Positions 8,206 to 18,180 of a stretch of DNA of 64,000 bases are shown here, in pieces. This stretch comes from Gammaproteobacteria bacterium. Its GTDB lineage: Bacteria > Pseudomonadota > Gammaproteobacteria > Natronospirales > JAJUFS01. Position numbers and translations under genes: made by a program. The DNA lies in assembly GCA_033720895.1 (NCBI GenBank), contig JAWWBS010000002.1, forward strand, positions 10,591 to 74,590. The letters are read 5' to 3'. The notes beneath the pieces are model-generated. The model saw nothing but the letters and a program-made list of their open reading frames with translations, did no database searches and was not told the DNA's origin. Within the stretch, counting starts at the first letter, position 1. Every line of letters begins with the position of its first letter.

Positions 8206-11200
8206 TGTCCGGACCGATTGCCACCATCCTGGCGCACTCGCGAACCGTGCTCTCGACCCTGGTGCTGATCCTGGTTGCCGGTTCGGTAACCTACGTCACC
8301 ATCCCGAAGGAAGCGGAACCCGACATCGACATTCCGGTCATCTACGTCAGCATGAAGCATGACGGAATTTCGCCCGAGGATGCAGAGCGCCTGCTGGTAC
8401 GGCCGATGGAACAGGAACTGCGTGCCATCGAGGGCCTGAAGGAAATGACAGCCGCCGCCTACGAGGGTGGTGCCAACGTAACGCTGGAGTTCGAGGCCGG
8501 CACGGTGGACACCGACCAGGCATTGCTCGACGTGCGCGAGAAGGTCGATGCGGCCAAGGCCAAGCTGCCACAGGAAACCGACGACCCGACGGTCAACGAA
8601 GTGAAGATTTCCAAGCAGGACCCGATGCTGGTGATCAACATCTCCGGCAAGGTTCCGGAACGCACGCTGGTCCGCATTGCCAAGGATCTCAAGGACAAGA
8701 TCGAGGGCGTTTCCGGCGTCCTCGAAGTCGATCTCTATGGTGACCGCGAGGAACTGCTGGAAGTGGTCGTCGATCCGCTCACCATCGAATCCTACGGCCT
8801 TGCACCGGAAGACATCTATCCGATCTTCTCCCGCAACAACCAGCTGGTCGCGGCGGGCAGTCTCAACAGCACCCTGGGACAGGCACCGGTGAAGGTGCCG
8901 GGTGTGTTCGAAGATCCGAATGACGTGCTCAACCTGCCCCTGAAAGTCAGCGGCGACCGTGTAGTCCGCTTCCGTGATGTTGCCAGCGTGCGCCGCACCT
9001 ACAAGGATGCGACCAGCTACGCCCGCATCAACGGTGAACCGGCCATCGGCCTGGAAGTCGTCAAGCGCGCGGGCGAGAACATCATCGAAACGGTCGAGGC
9101 CGTGCGCGCCATCGTGTCCGACGAAAGCCAGATGTGGCCGCCCGGCATCGAGGTCACCTACTCGCGTGACAAGTCGGATGACATTCGCAACATGCTGACC
9201 GACCTGCAGAACAACGTGCTGTCTGCCGTATTGCTGGTTGTCATCGTGATCATCGGCATTCTTGGCGCCCGCACGGCCAGCCTGGTCGGCATCGCCATTC
9301 CCGGCTCCTTCCTCGCCGGACTCATGTGGCTCGGCGCGTCCGGCATCACCGTCAATATCGTGGTGCTGTTCTCGCTGATCATGGCAGTCGGCATGCTGGT
9401 CGATGGCGCAATCGTCGTCACCGAGTACGCCGACCGCAAGATGGCCGAAGGCATGGATCGCAAGGGTGCCTATGCGGCCGCTTCGCAACGCATGGGCTGG
9501 CCGATCATCACCTCCACCATCACCACCCTGGCGGCCTTCGCACCGCTGGTCTTCTGGCCCGGGATGGTCGGGCAGTTCATGGGATACCTGCCGATCACCC
9601 TGATCGCCACGCTGGCCTCCTCCCTGCTGATGGCATTGATCTTCGTGCCGACGCTCGGCTCGATTTACGGCAAGGCAGGCTCCATGAACGAAGTCACACG
9701 TTCACGCCTTGCAGCAGCAGAAACCGGCGACATTCATGCCGTCGGTGGCTTTACCGGCTGGTACATCGGCGTGCTGGAAAAGGCATTGCATGCGCCTGGC
9801 CGCATTCTCGTTTTTTCCACGATGGCCCTGGTTGTCATCTTCCTGGCTTACGGCCAGTTCGGTCGCGGCACGGAGTTCTTCCCGAACGTGGAGCCGGAAG
9901 TGGCCTGGGTGAACATCTACGCTCGCGGCGACCTGTCGGTGGATGAAATGGACGTGCTGGTCGGCGAAGCGGAACAGCGCATTCTCGGCATGGAAGAATT
10001 TGCCTCGGTCTATACCCGCGTCGGTGGCGGCGGTGGCGGTGGCGGACAAAGCAACCGCGAAGACAAGATCGGCCAGATCAGTCTCAAGCTGGTCGACTGG
10101 GAACTGCGCCGCCCGGCCGCCGAGATCATGGAGGAGATTCGCCAGCGAACCAATGACCTGAGCGGCATTGAAATCGAAACCACCACGCCAAATGCGGGCC
10201 CGGGCCAGGGCAAGCCCATCCAGTTGCAGGTCTCGTCGCGCTTCCCGGAACGTCTCGACGAAGCCGCCGACAATCTGCGCGCCGCCATGGCCGACATCGA
10301 CGGCATGCGCGACATCGAGGATTCGAGACCGTTGCCGGGCATCGAGTGGCGCATCAAGGTCGACCGTGCGATGGCAGCACGCTTCGGTGCGGATGTGGCC
10401 ACGGTGGGTGGCGTGGTGCAGTTCGTCACCAACGGGATCAAGGTCGGTGAATATCGACCAGACGACTCCGATGACGAGATCGACATCCGCGTGCGCTTTC
10501 CGCTTGCCGAGCGCAACCTCGATCAGCTGGACATGCTGCGCATCCCGACCAACCAGGGCAATGTGCCGATCGCAAATTTCGTGACGCGCGAGGCAGGCCA
10601 GAAGGTCGGCACCATCAAGCGCGCCGACATGCGGCGCACGGTCACCATCATGGCAGACCATGCGCCGGACACCCTGTCCTCCGAGCTGGTCGAAGAACTG
10701 CGCAACAGCCTGAGCGCCGATGACATTCCGCCCGGCGTGGAAGTGGAATTCAAGGGTGAGGACGAGGAGCAGGCCGAGGCACAGGCGTTCCTTGGCAAGG
10801 CCTTTGGCATAGCGCTGTTCGTGATCGCCATCGTGCTGGTCACGCAGTTCAACAGCTTCTACCAGGCCTTCCTGATCCTGACTGCCATCATCTTCTCCAC
10901 GGGCGGCGTGTTCCTCGGTCACCTGTTGATGAACAAGCCCTTCGGCATCGTGATGAGCGGTATCGGCGTGATCGCGCTGGCCGGTATCGTGGTCAACAAC
11001 AACATCGTGTTGATCGACACCTATAACGTGCTCCGGAAGTCCGGCATGGAGGCCATGGAAGCCGTGCTGCGAACCGGTGCCCAGCGACTGCGGCCGGTGC
11101 TGCTGACCACGGTAACCACCATCCTCGGCCTGATGCCGATGGTGCTCGGCGTGAACATCGACCTCATTGGTCGGCACATCAGCATCGGCGGCCCGTCAAC

Positions 11201-11375
11201 ACAGTGGTGGATCCAGTTGTCCTCGGCGGTCGCGGGCGGACTGTTCTTCGCTACGCTCCTGACCCTGATCGTCACGCCATCCCTGCTGATGATCCAGGCG
11301 AAGTACGAAGACCGGAAGCATGCCCGTCGTCAGGAACGCCTGGCGCGCAGCGAAACCGCATACCGGGGCGCCTGA
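8205..11375 (+). CDS. Efflux RND transporter permease (AcrB/AcrD/AcrF family)
   Basis: A 1056-aa protein with two-fold 6-TM plus large periplasmic loop architecture and a typical N-terminus (...TIPKEAEPDIDIPVIYVSM...). It contains an unusual Gly8 tract (RVGGGGGGGGQSN). Confidence 0.93.
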   Translation: MSGPIATILAHSRTVLSTLVLILVAGSVTYVTIPKEAEPDIDIPVIYVSMKHDGISPEDAERLLVRPMEQELRAIEGLKEMTAAAYEGGANVTLEFEAGTVDTDQALLDVREKVDAAKAKLPQETDDPTVNEVKISKQDPMLVINISGKVPERTLVRIAKDLKDKIEGVSGVLEVDLYGDREELLEVVVDPLTIESYGLAPEDIYPIFSRNNQLVAAGSLNSTLGQAPVKVPGVFEDPNDVLNLPLKVSGDRVVRFRDVASVRRTYKDATSYARINGEPAIGLEVVKRAGENIIETVEAVRAIVSDESQMWPPGIEVTYSRDKSDDIRNMLTDLQNNVLSAVLLVVIVIIGILGARTASLVGIAIPGSFLAGLMWLGASGITVNIVVLFSLIMAVGMLVDGAIVVTEYADRKMAEGMDRKGAYAAASQRMGWPIITSTITTLAAFAPLVFWPGMVGQFMGYLPITLIATLASSLLMALIFVPTLGSIYGKAGSMNEVTRSRLAAAETGDIHAVGGFTGWYIGVLEKALHAPGRILVFSTMALVVIFLAYGQFGRGTEFFPNVEPEVAWVNIYARGDLSVDEMDVLVGEAEQRILGMEEFASVYTRVGGGGGGGGQSNREDKIGQISLKLVDWELRRPAAEIMEEIRQRTNDLSGIEIETTTPNAGPGQGKPIQLQVSSRFPERLDEAADNLRAAMADIDGMRDIEDSRPLPGIEWRIKVDRAMAARFGADVATVGGVVQFVTNGIKVGEYRPDDSDDEIDIRVRFPLAERNLDQLDMLRIPTNQGNVPIANFVTREAGQKVGTIKRADMRRTVTIMADHAPDTLSSELVEELRNSLSADDIPPGVEVEFKGEDEEQAEAQAFLGKAFGIALFVIAIVLVTQFNSFYQAFLILTAIIFSTGGVFLGHLLMNKPFGIVMSGIGVIALAGIVVNNNIVLIDTYNVLRKSGMEAMEAVLRTGAQRLRPVLLTTVTTILGLMPMVLGVNIDLIGRHISIGGPSTQWWIQLSSAVAGGLFFATLLTLIVTPSLLMIQAKYEDRKHARRQERLARSETAYRGA

Positions 11376-11410
11376 CGGTTATTGAATCCGGATGAAGCAA
11401 CAACTCCGGG

Positions 11411-11443
11411 GCCGCGGTACCGTGAAGGTACCGCGGCTTTTTT
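11411..11443 (+). terminator. Rho-independent terminator after the RND gene
   Basis: GCCGCGGTACC-gtgaa-GGTACCGCGGC is a perfect 11-bp stem followed by TTTTTT. Confidence 0.85.
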
Positions 11444-11643
11444 GCATCCATGCCTGCACGGCAGCAACCGTTCATCGGCTGCCAGCTTGCGGTTGGCAAC
11501 ATCCGGGAAAATTTCTGTTGATTTCGCTCCGGCCAGCAACTATATAGCGCTCAAGGAAGACATGTTTCTTCCGATGTGCTCGCCGGGATCCGCTTCCGGT
11601 GCGCGCTGGTCTGACGCACTACCTGGCGTATGAGGACAATGCG

Positions 11644-11859
11644 ATGGGTGTCAGTAGAGATGAAGACCTGGATGACTTCGACCTGGAGGGCAGCGACGAC
11701 GAGTTCGATGCCATCGAAGCCAGCCTTGAAAAACGGCATGCCCGCAAGCCTGGCAAGACGCGGACCCGGACCGCTGCCTGGCAATCGGTCGAGGATTACC
11801 TCGAGAACAAGCGACTGCGCAGCCAGTTGAGCGACGTCTTCGACGACGACTGGCAGTAG
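11644..11859 (+). CDS. Small acidic protein (71 aa), hypothetical
   Basis: GAGGA SD lies 7 nt upstream of ATG 11644. The sequence is MGVSRDEDLDDFDLEGSDDEFDAIEASLEKRHARKPGKTRTRTAAWQSVEDYLENKRLRSQLSDVFDDDWQ. The acidic N-terminus, basic centre and EDYLExKRLRxxL tail remind me of small PA3496-like gammaproteobacterial proteins, but this is from memory only. Confidence 0.5.
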   Translation: MGVSRDEDLDDFDLEGSDDEFDAIEASLEKRHARKPGKTRTRTAAWQSVEDYLENKRLRSQLSDVFDDDWQ

Positions 11860-11965
11860 CTCGCTTCGAACTTGCCCACCCTGCGCTGCCGGCCCTGCCG
11901 GCAGTTGCGGATCTGTCTCCCCTCGATTCTTGCAAGACTGCATTCATCGCCATGAGAATTCCTGC

Positions 11966-14900
11966 TCAATGAAAGTCCCTGGAGCGAGTCGCCAGGCGGC
12001 CCAGCCATTCGCTGCGATCTTCGAGATTCCCCGCAATGACATGCAGCACATCCCCCTGCCGCTGCAACTGACCGTCAACCACCAGCAAGCGTGACTGCAG
12101 CATCACCTTGCGCTGTTGCTCGGCCAGCTTGCGCCAGATGATGAGATTCACCTGCCCGGTCTCGTCTTCCAGGGTCATGAAAGTCACGCCCTTGGCGGTG
12201 CTCGGCCGCTGGCGATTGATCACGATGCCGGCAACGCGCACCGGCATGTCCGTCGGCAGCTTCCAGAGCTCGGCAGCGGAACGGCAACGTGCCTCGAGCA
12301 GTCGGGCGCGCAACAAGGCCAGTGGATGCCGCCCCAGGGTCAGGCCTAGCTGGGCATAATCCTGCACGATGTTCTGGCCCTCGGTGGGTGCTGCAAGCAT
12401 GGGCAGTGCCTCGGCGAACTCGGGCTCGCGGATCAAGGGCATCGGTGCTTCCACGCCCGCGACGTTCCAGAAGGCGCGATGTCGGTGCCCGCCGAGCGAG
12501 CGCAAGGCATCGGCTGCGGCCAATGCCTCCAGGGCCTGGCGCGACAAGCCGGCACGACGCGCGAGATCATTGACGCTTTGGAACACCCGGTCACGTCGCG
12601 CGGCCACCAGGCGCTCGGCCGACTCGACATCCAGCGAACGTACGCGGGACAGTCCGAGCCGCACTGCCGGCTCGCGGTCCTGTTCACTGTCGGCCTGCCG
12701 TTCCAGGGTTGAATCCCAGTCACTGCACTGAACGTCCACCGGCAGGATGTTCACGCCATGTCGTTGCGCATCCTGCACCAGTTGCGCTGGTGCATAGAAA
12801 CCCATTGGCTGGCTGTTCAACAGGGCAGCACAGAAGGCAGCCGGCTCATGGCATTTCAACCAGGCCGAGACATACACCAGCAAGGCGAAGCTGGCTGAAT
12901 GCGACTCGGGGAAGCCGTATTCGCCAAAGCCCTGAAGCTGCCGGTAGATCTGCTCGGCAAACGCCTCGCTGTAACCACGATCGCGCATGCCGTCCAGCAG
13001 CCGCTCGCGAAACGGCTCGATGCCACCACGCTTGCGCCAGGCTGCCATCGCCCGCCGCAGGCGGTCGGCTTCGCCCGGCGTGAAGCCCGCAGCCACGACC
13101 GCCAGTTGCATGGCCTGTTCCTGGAAGATCGGCACCCCCAGGGTACGTTCCAGCACGTGTCGCACGGCATCGCTGGGATAGGACACTGTCTCTTCGCCGC
13201 AGCGCCGCCGCAGGTAGGGATGCACCATGTCGCCCTGGATGGGCCCGGGGCGCACGATAGCCACCTCGATCACGAGATCATAGAAACAGGCTGGCCTGAG
13301 TCGCGGCAGCATCGCCATCTGCGCACGCGACTCGATCTGGAACACGCCCATCGTGTCGGCCTGCTGGATCATGGCATAGGTATCCGGGTCCTCCGCCGGC
13401 ACGGTCGCAAGACTGTACTCACTGCCACGCCAGTTGTTCACCATGTCCAGCGCGCGCCGGATCGCCGTCAGCATGCCGAGCGCCAGCACGTCGACCTTCA
13501 AAAGCCCCAGTGACTCCAAGTCATCCTTGTCCCACTGGATGACGGTGCGTTCCGCCATGCTGGCATTTTCCACCGGCACCAGTTCGTCAAGACTGTTGCG
13601 CGCAATCACGAAACCACCGACGTGCTGGGAAAGGTGTCGCGGGAAACCCAGCAACTGGTCGACCAGCACGCAAAGCCGGTGGATTACCGGGTTGGCCGGA
13701 TCAAGCCCCGCGCTTTCGATGCGCTCGGCCACCTGCTTGCGACCATCCCACCACTGGAAGGCACGTGCCAGGTTTTCCACCTGCGCACTCGCAAGACCCA
13801 GCGCCTTGCCGACATCACGTACCGCACTGCGCGGTCGGTAGGTAATCACTGTCGCTGCCAGTGCCGCTCGCTCGCGACCATACTTTGCATAGATGTACTG
13901 GATGACTTCCTCGCGGCGCTCGTGCTCGAAATCGACATCGATATCAGGCGGTTCGTCGCGCTCCTTGGAAATGAAACGCTCGAACACCAGTGACATGCGT
14001 GCCGGGTCGACCTCGGTAATGCCGAGACAGAAACACACGGCCGAATTCGCTGCCGAACCACGACCCTGGCAGAGAATGTCGCGCGAACGTGCAAAGGCCA
14101 CCACGTCATGCACCGTCAGGAAAAAGGGTTCATAACGCATTTCGGCAATCAGCCGGAGTTCATGCTCGACTTGCCGCTGCACGCTATCGGGCGCACCCTG
14201 CGGCCAGCGCTGCTTCATGCCCTGCCGGGTCAGTTGCTGCAAATGCGAAGTTGGCGTTTCACCGGCCGGCACCAGTTCTTCCGGGTATTCGTAACGCAGC
14301 TCGTCCAGCCGGAAAGTGCAGCTTGCTGCCAGCCGCAGGCTTTCCTCGCGCCAGGTCGAAGGATAGATGCGGGCAATCCGTTCTCGCGAACGCAGGTGTC
14401 GCTCGCCATTCGGATTGAGATGGTAGCCGGCGATCGCCAGCGGCAGGCGCAGGCGTATTGCCGTCAGGGTGTCCTGCAGGGCACGCCGCCCGCGCACGTG
14501 CATCTGCACGCCACCGCAAGCCACGATGGGCAGGTGCAGCTGCATTGCCGCCTGTTCGAGCTGGGCGAAGCGCGCCTGGCGTTCGTCGCTGCCGAACCAC
14601 TCCGCAACCAGCCTTGCACGTTCGCCAAAGCAGCCCTTGAGCCACTGGCCTGTTGCCACATCGATGATGTCGCCCGGGATCCACAGCACCCAGCAACCCG
14701 GCAAGCCATCTGCCAGGTCTTCTTGGTGCAGGAGATAGTCGCCCTTGTCGGCTGCGCGCCGGCCGCGCGTGATGACCCGGCACAGGCTGTTGTAACCCTC
14801 CCGGTCCCGGGCCAGCACCACCAGGGTCGGACCCTCTTCGAGCCGGAACTCGGCGCCGATGAGCAGCTTGATGCCATGTTCGCGGGCCGCCTCCCAGGCA

Positions 14901-15055
14901 CGCACGACACCAGCCACGGAGCATTCATCCGTGATCGCCAGGGCCTGGTAGCCCAGTGCGGCCGCCTGTGCCACCAGCTCCTCCGGATGCGAGGCGCCCT
15001 TCAGGAAAGTGAAGTTCGAGAGGCAGTGCAGCTCGGCGTACCCGGGCGCACTCAT
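11966..15055 (-). CDS. dnaE2: Error-prone DNA polymerase (DnaE2/ImuC)
   Basis: MSAPGYAELHCLSNFTFLKGASHPEELV is the typical DnaE2 PHP-domain start, followed by a Pol III alpha core and a C-terminal OB fold. ATG 15055 forms an ATGA overlap with the imuB stop. Confidence 0.95.
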   Translation of the reverse strand: MSAPGYAELHCLSNFTFLKGASHPEELVAQAAALGYQALAITDECSVAGVVRAWEAAREHGIKLLIGAEFRLEEGPTLVVLARDREGYNSLCRVITRGRRAADKGDYLLHQEDLADGLPGCWVLWIPGDIIDVATGQWLKGCFGERARLVAEWFGSDERQARFAQLEQAAMQLHLPIVACGGVQMHVRGRRALQDTLTAIRLRLPLAIAGYHLNPNGERHLRSRERIARIYPSTWREESLRLAASCTFRLDELRYEYPEELVPAGETPTSHLQQLTRQGMKQRWPQGAPDSVQRQVEHELRLIAEMRYEPFFLTVHDVVAFARSRDILCQGRGSAANSAVCFCLGITEVDPARMSLVFERFISKERDEPPDIDVDFEHERREEVIQYIYAKYGRERAALAATVITYRPRSAVRDVGKALGLASAQVENLARAFQWWDGRKQVAERIESAGLDPANPVIHRLCVLVDQLLGFPRHLSQHVGGFVIARNSLDELVPVENASMAERTVIQWDKDDLESLGLLKVDVLALGMLTAIRRALDMVNNWRGSEYSLATVPAEDPDTYAMIQQADTMGVFQIESRAQMAMLPRLRPACFYDLVIEVAIVRPGPIQGDMVHPYLRRRCGEETVSYPSDAVRHVLERTLGVPIFQEQAMQLAVVAAGFTPGEADRLRRAMAAWRKRGGIEPFRERLLDGMRDRGYSEAFAEQIYRQLQGFGEYGFPESHSASFALLVYVSAWLKCHEPAAFCAALLNSQPMGFYAPAQLVQDAQRHGVNILPVDVQCSDWDSTLERQADSEQDREPAVRLGLSRVRSLDVESAERLVAARRDRVFQSVNDLARRAGLSRQALEALAAADALRSLGGHRHRAFWNVAGVEAPMPLIREPEFAEALPMLAAPTEGQNIVQDYAQLGLTLGRHPLALLRARLLEARCRSAAELWKLPTDMPVRVAGIVINRQRPSTAKGVTFMTLEDETGQVNLIIWRKLAEQQRKVMLQSRLLVVDGQLQRQGDVLHVIAGNLEDRSEWLGRLATRSRDFH

Positions 15056-16626
15056 GCAAAGAAACCCTGCAACCACCATTGCCGGTCCCGACGGTCACGA
15101 AAGATCCACAGCAGGCTGCCCGCCCGGGTGCGGGCACGGAAATAATCCCGTTGCACATCCGTGCCATCCCACCAGCCTGACTCGATGCGCTCGGGCCCTG
15201 CCAGCAGCTCGAGCGCCCCCTGGTAGCAGGGCGAGCCGGCACGCAGGACCAGTCGCTCGGGTTCAGGCAGCAACCAGGCCGGTCGTCGCGGCAATGACGG
15301 CGCAAGGTCGACGTCCGCACCACCCGGTTCGACAAAGTGCCAGGCCAGCTCGGGGCGATGGTCGGCACGAGATGACAGGCCCTGCACGGCATCATGTCCC
15401 AGGCGAGCTCGCAGCAGTTCCACCAGCGCCAGCCGTTGCTGCTGGCGCTGCCAGTTCGGGAACAGGCTGGCAGCTTCGCCAGCGAAGCTCTCCAGCGACA
15501 AGGCCTCGAGGCTGATACTGCGCACGGGTTGCTCGAGCCGGAGGTTCTCCAGTTGCTGTTCCAGCAGTGCCCGCATGCGAGCAAGCGAACGCAGTCGACG
15601 GGCAAAGCCAACGGTGAACGATTGCTCGCTGCGATCACGCAACAGCAAGGTGAACCTCAATCCACGCACGCCTTGCTGGGTGACATGCAGATACGTGGCG
15701 AGTTCCTCCAGCAGGTGCATGGCAGGATGCAACAGCACAGGGGCATCACTGATTTCGTAGACGAGATCGAGCCGCGATCGGAATCGAGCCGGCAAGGACA
15801 GGCTTGTGCGCAGGTCTGGCTGGCGGCCAAGCGCCTGGTCCAGCATCGCGAGAGAGGATTTCCCGAAACGCCGGGCAAAGGCATCACGCGGCAGGCGCAA
15901 GGCATCGGCCACCCGCTGCACACCCATGCGCTGCAGGCGCTGTTGCAAGGCGAGAGGAAGATCCGTGGCCGCCAGCGGCAGGCACCCGAGCTTGCCCGGC
16001 AAGGCCTCGCTGGAACCCAGCAGCACACCGTCATGCACCCGGGACAACCAGCGCGCCGCCCGCGGTGTCGGCGCCATCGCCAGGCTGGCTTTGACGCCCA
16101 GTTCATCCAGCCCCTGCCGGACCCGGCGCAACAACGCGCGGCCGCCACCGAACAGGCGCAGCGAACCGCGCACTTCCAGCAACAGACCCGCACCATCGAG
16201 TGCCACCTGCGACGTGAAGCGATGCGCCCACCAGGCCAGCCGCCGCAACCACACGGCTTCGCGTGCAGCATCGCGATCCTGCACGGCAAGATCGGGCAGC
16301 AGGCTCCAGGCCGCTGCCAGGCTCATGCCGGGCACGACACCCGCCGACTCGGCCATGGCATTCACGGCCACGACCGTCACGGTACTGCCCTGCTCTTCGA
16401 TTACGGCCTGCGCTGTTTCCGCCAACGCAGCCTGGTGAAACACCTGCAGGGGCAAGGATTCGAGCTCGATGGCCAGCCACAGGTCGCGGCGCAATCGTTT
16501 CGTGTCAGCCCGCTGTGACGGACGCAGCGGCGCGCTGGCCGGGCGCGTACTGGCGACACGGGCCTCGGGAAAAAGGCTTTGCTGCGCAGGCAACGAAGAC
16601 CGCCTGTCATCAAGGGATGGCGCCAT
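15052..16626 (-). CDS. imuB: ImuB, Y-family polymerase-like protein of the mutagenesis cassette
   Basis: The conserved ImuB N-terminal region begins at ...DLWLAIELESLPLQVF, followed by a Y-family-like fold. The first ~46 codons after ATG 16626 have no ImuB-like character, so the true start may be further downstream. Confidence 0.85.
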   Translation of the reverse strand: MAPSLDDRRSSLPAQQSLFPEARVASTRPASAPLRPSQRADTKRLRRDLWLAIELESLPLQVFHQAALAETAQAVIEEQGSTVTVVAVNAMAESAGVVPGMSLAAAWSLLPDLAVQDRDAAREAVWLRRLAWWAHRFTSQVALDGAGLLLEVRGSLRLFGGGRALLRRVRQGLDELGVKASLAMAPTPRAARWLSRVHDGVLLGSSEALPGKLGCLPLAATDLPLALQQRLQRMGVQRVADALRLPRDAFARRFGKSSLAMLDQALGRQPDLRTSLSLPARFRSRLDLVYEISDAPVLLHPAMHLLEELATYLHVTQQGVRGLRFTLLLRDRSEQSFTVGFARRLRSLARMRALLEQQLENLRLEQPVRSISLEALSLESFAGEAASLFPNWQRQQQRLALVELLRARLGHDAVQGLSSRADHRPELAWHFVEPGGADVDLAPSLPRRPAWLLPEPERLVLRAGSPCYQGALELLAGPERIESGWWDGTDVQRDYFRARTRAGSLLWIFRDRRDRQWWLQGFFA

Positions 16627-16843
16627 GCCAACCTCCTCAAGGAACAGGAGTCAGGCAAGCTTCTTCAAGAGGATCCGGCGATCGGACAAACGCGGCAGGC
16701 ATAAGAAGGCCCGGTGCCGATACGACCCTGAGCGTCGGTTGGGAGGATCGCTTCTACAAGCCGTAAAACCGTAGAAAGCATCGCCTGGGTCGCATGTTGG
16801 GGCACCGGGCCCGAACCTGATCATGTTGTTGACCGGGAAGGTC

Positions 16844-17515
16844 TCACGGCAGGCGGATACCGCTCACCGGCCGGCCGCCTCGACACTTCAGCAGGCTGAT
16901 GACCTGCCCGGTGTCGTCGCTGCTGTCGATGCGCAGGCGTATGGCCGCTGGTGATGACTGGCGGGCCTGGCGCAGCGAGCGGAACAGGAACCCGAGAGCG
17001 TCACCCTCGGCTGCGGCCAGTTGCAAGCGCCGCATCGTTCGATCATCGCCATCGTCTATCCAGGCCAGAACGGCATCTGCATCACCGGACCTGAGCGCCT
17101 GCTCTGTCGACCAGAGCACGGTGCGCCGGCTTTCCTTCCGGGTCTCTTGCTTGTCTCGTCGTGGTGACACCAGCAAAAGACGATCCAGGTCGAAACCTGC
17201 CTGCGCAAGCGCCGGAGCGAATGGAACAAACGGTGGTGAAACCCACACTATCCATCCCGCTTCCCGATCTACCGATGCGGTGATTCCAGCACCCTCGGCG
17301 GGTGCGAAACCAGTCAGCGTCGGCAGGATCAATTTTAGCTCACCCACTCCCGGGTTTGTGCTTAGAATTTCTACCAGCGCGCCTCGCGGCCAACCTCCGT
17401 TCGGAAGAACCTTGTCTAACTCCTTGATATTACTAGGTATTACACTTTGTCCTGAAAAATCCTGCCGACCAGCGCCTCGCCAGACACCCGGCAGACTGTC
17501 CAGTAACTCTGACAT
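16844..17515 (-). CDS. imuA: ImuA, translesion-synthesis associated (RecA/SulA-like) protein
   Basis: SNIKELDKVLPNGGWPRGALVEILSTNPGVGELKLILP is the hallmark ImuA motif. The start lies 1 nt after the lexA stop. Confidence 0.88.
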   Translation of the reverse strand: MSELLDSLPGVWRGAGRQDFSGQSVIPSNIKELDKVLPNGGWPRGALVEILSTNPGVGELKLILPTLTGFAPAEGAGITASVDREAGWIVWVSPPFVPFAPALAQAGFDLDRLLLVSPRRDKQETRKESRRTVLWSTEQALRSGDADAVLAWIDDGDDRTMRRLQLAAAEGDALGFLFRSLRQARQSSPAAIRLRIDSSDDTGQVISLLKCRGGRPVSGIRLP

Positions 17516-17516
17516 A

Positions 17517-18125
17517 TCACTGCAAGTAACCGTTCCGGATCACGCCAACAACCACCCCTTCGATCACCATGGACTGGTGCTTCAAATCCAGGTGGATGGG
17601 CTCGAAATCGGGGTTCTCCGGCAACAGCCAGACCTCGCTGCCCTGCTGGCGATAGCGCTTGACCGTCACTTCATCGTCATTAAGCCTGGCGACGATGATC
17701 TGGCCGTTGCGCACATCCGGGGAGCGGTGCACGGCCAGCAAGTCGCCATCGAGAATCCCGGCATCCCGCATGGACATGCCCTTGACGGTCAGGAGGTAGT
17801 GCGCCTTGGGCTGGAACAGGCCGGGGTCCATGCGGTAATGCCGCTCGATGTTCTGCTCGGCCAGGATGGGGTGACCCGCCGCAACGCGACCCACCACTGG
17901 CAGTCCCTGGTCTTCCTCCACCAGCCGGATGCCACGGGAGGCGCCCGCGACCAGCTCGATCACGCCCTTGCGCGCCAAGGCCCGCAGGTGCTCTTCGGCA
18001 GAGTTGGCCGACTTGAAACCCAGCGCCTGGGCAATCTCGGCCCGGGTCGGCGGCATGCCGGTCTCGTCAATGGTGTCGCGAATCAACTCCAGGATCTCGG
18101 CCTGGCGCTCGGTCAATGTGGTCAT
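17517..18125 (-). CDS. lexA: LexA repressor
   Basis: [59 protein letters not shown]...VAAG (cleavage site A-G)...GMSM...VTVKR (Ser/Lys dyad context). It aligns by eye along its whole length with E. coli LexA. Confidence 0.96.
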   Translation of the reverse strand: MTTLTERQAEILELIRDTIDETGMPPTRAEIAQALGFKSANSAEEHLRALARKGVIELVAGASRGIRLVEEDQGLPVVGRVAAGHPILAEQNIERHYRMDPGLFQPKAHYLLTVKGMSMRDAGILDGDLLAVHRSPDVRNGQIIVARLNDDEVTVKRYRQQGSEVWLLPENPDFEPIHLDLKHQSMVIEGVVVGVIRNGYLQ

Positions 18126-18164
18126 GTGAACCTCCACCCCTCGGGGCTGTGTATCCATCCATTA

Positions 18165-18180
18165 CTGTGTATGTATACAG
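18165..18180. promoter_or_regulatory. LexA (SOS) box CTGT-N8-ACAG overlapping the lexA promoter
   Basis: taCTGTgtatgtatACAGta lies 40-55 bp upstream of the lexA ATG. On the coding strand, TTGATA (18195..18200) plus a 17-nt spacer plus TATACA (18172..18177) gives a sigma70-like promoter whose -10 lies inside the box. Confidence 0.85.

Noticed and set aside
10021-10045. GGT/GGC trinucleotide run that looked like a microsatellite or repeat element
   Set aside because: It is in frame within the RND permease and encodes Gly8 (RVGGGGGGGGQSN), an odd loop insertion but not a separate element. Slippage by non-multiples of three would be needed for phase variation, and the repeat unit is 3 nt.
7815-11177. 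Two long minus-strand ORFs (7815..9488 and 9702..11177) antisense to the MFP/RND genes
   Set aside because: These are shadow ORFs with His/Asp/Gly/Arg-rich composition. The plus-strand RND permease is unambiguous.
16401-16774. ORFs 16401..16658 (-) and 16469..16774 (+) in or near the imuA-imuB spacer
   Set aside because: They overlap imuB out of frame or lie antisense, with Arg/Pro/Cys-rich composition and no start signals. The spacer is better described by its RNA-structure potential.
18147-18164. Possible second LexA box (CTGTgtatccatccattaCTG) next to the canonical one
   Set aside because: It has CTGT but no ACAG at N8 spacing, so it is only a half-site.
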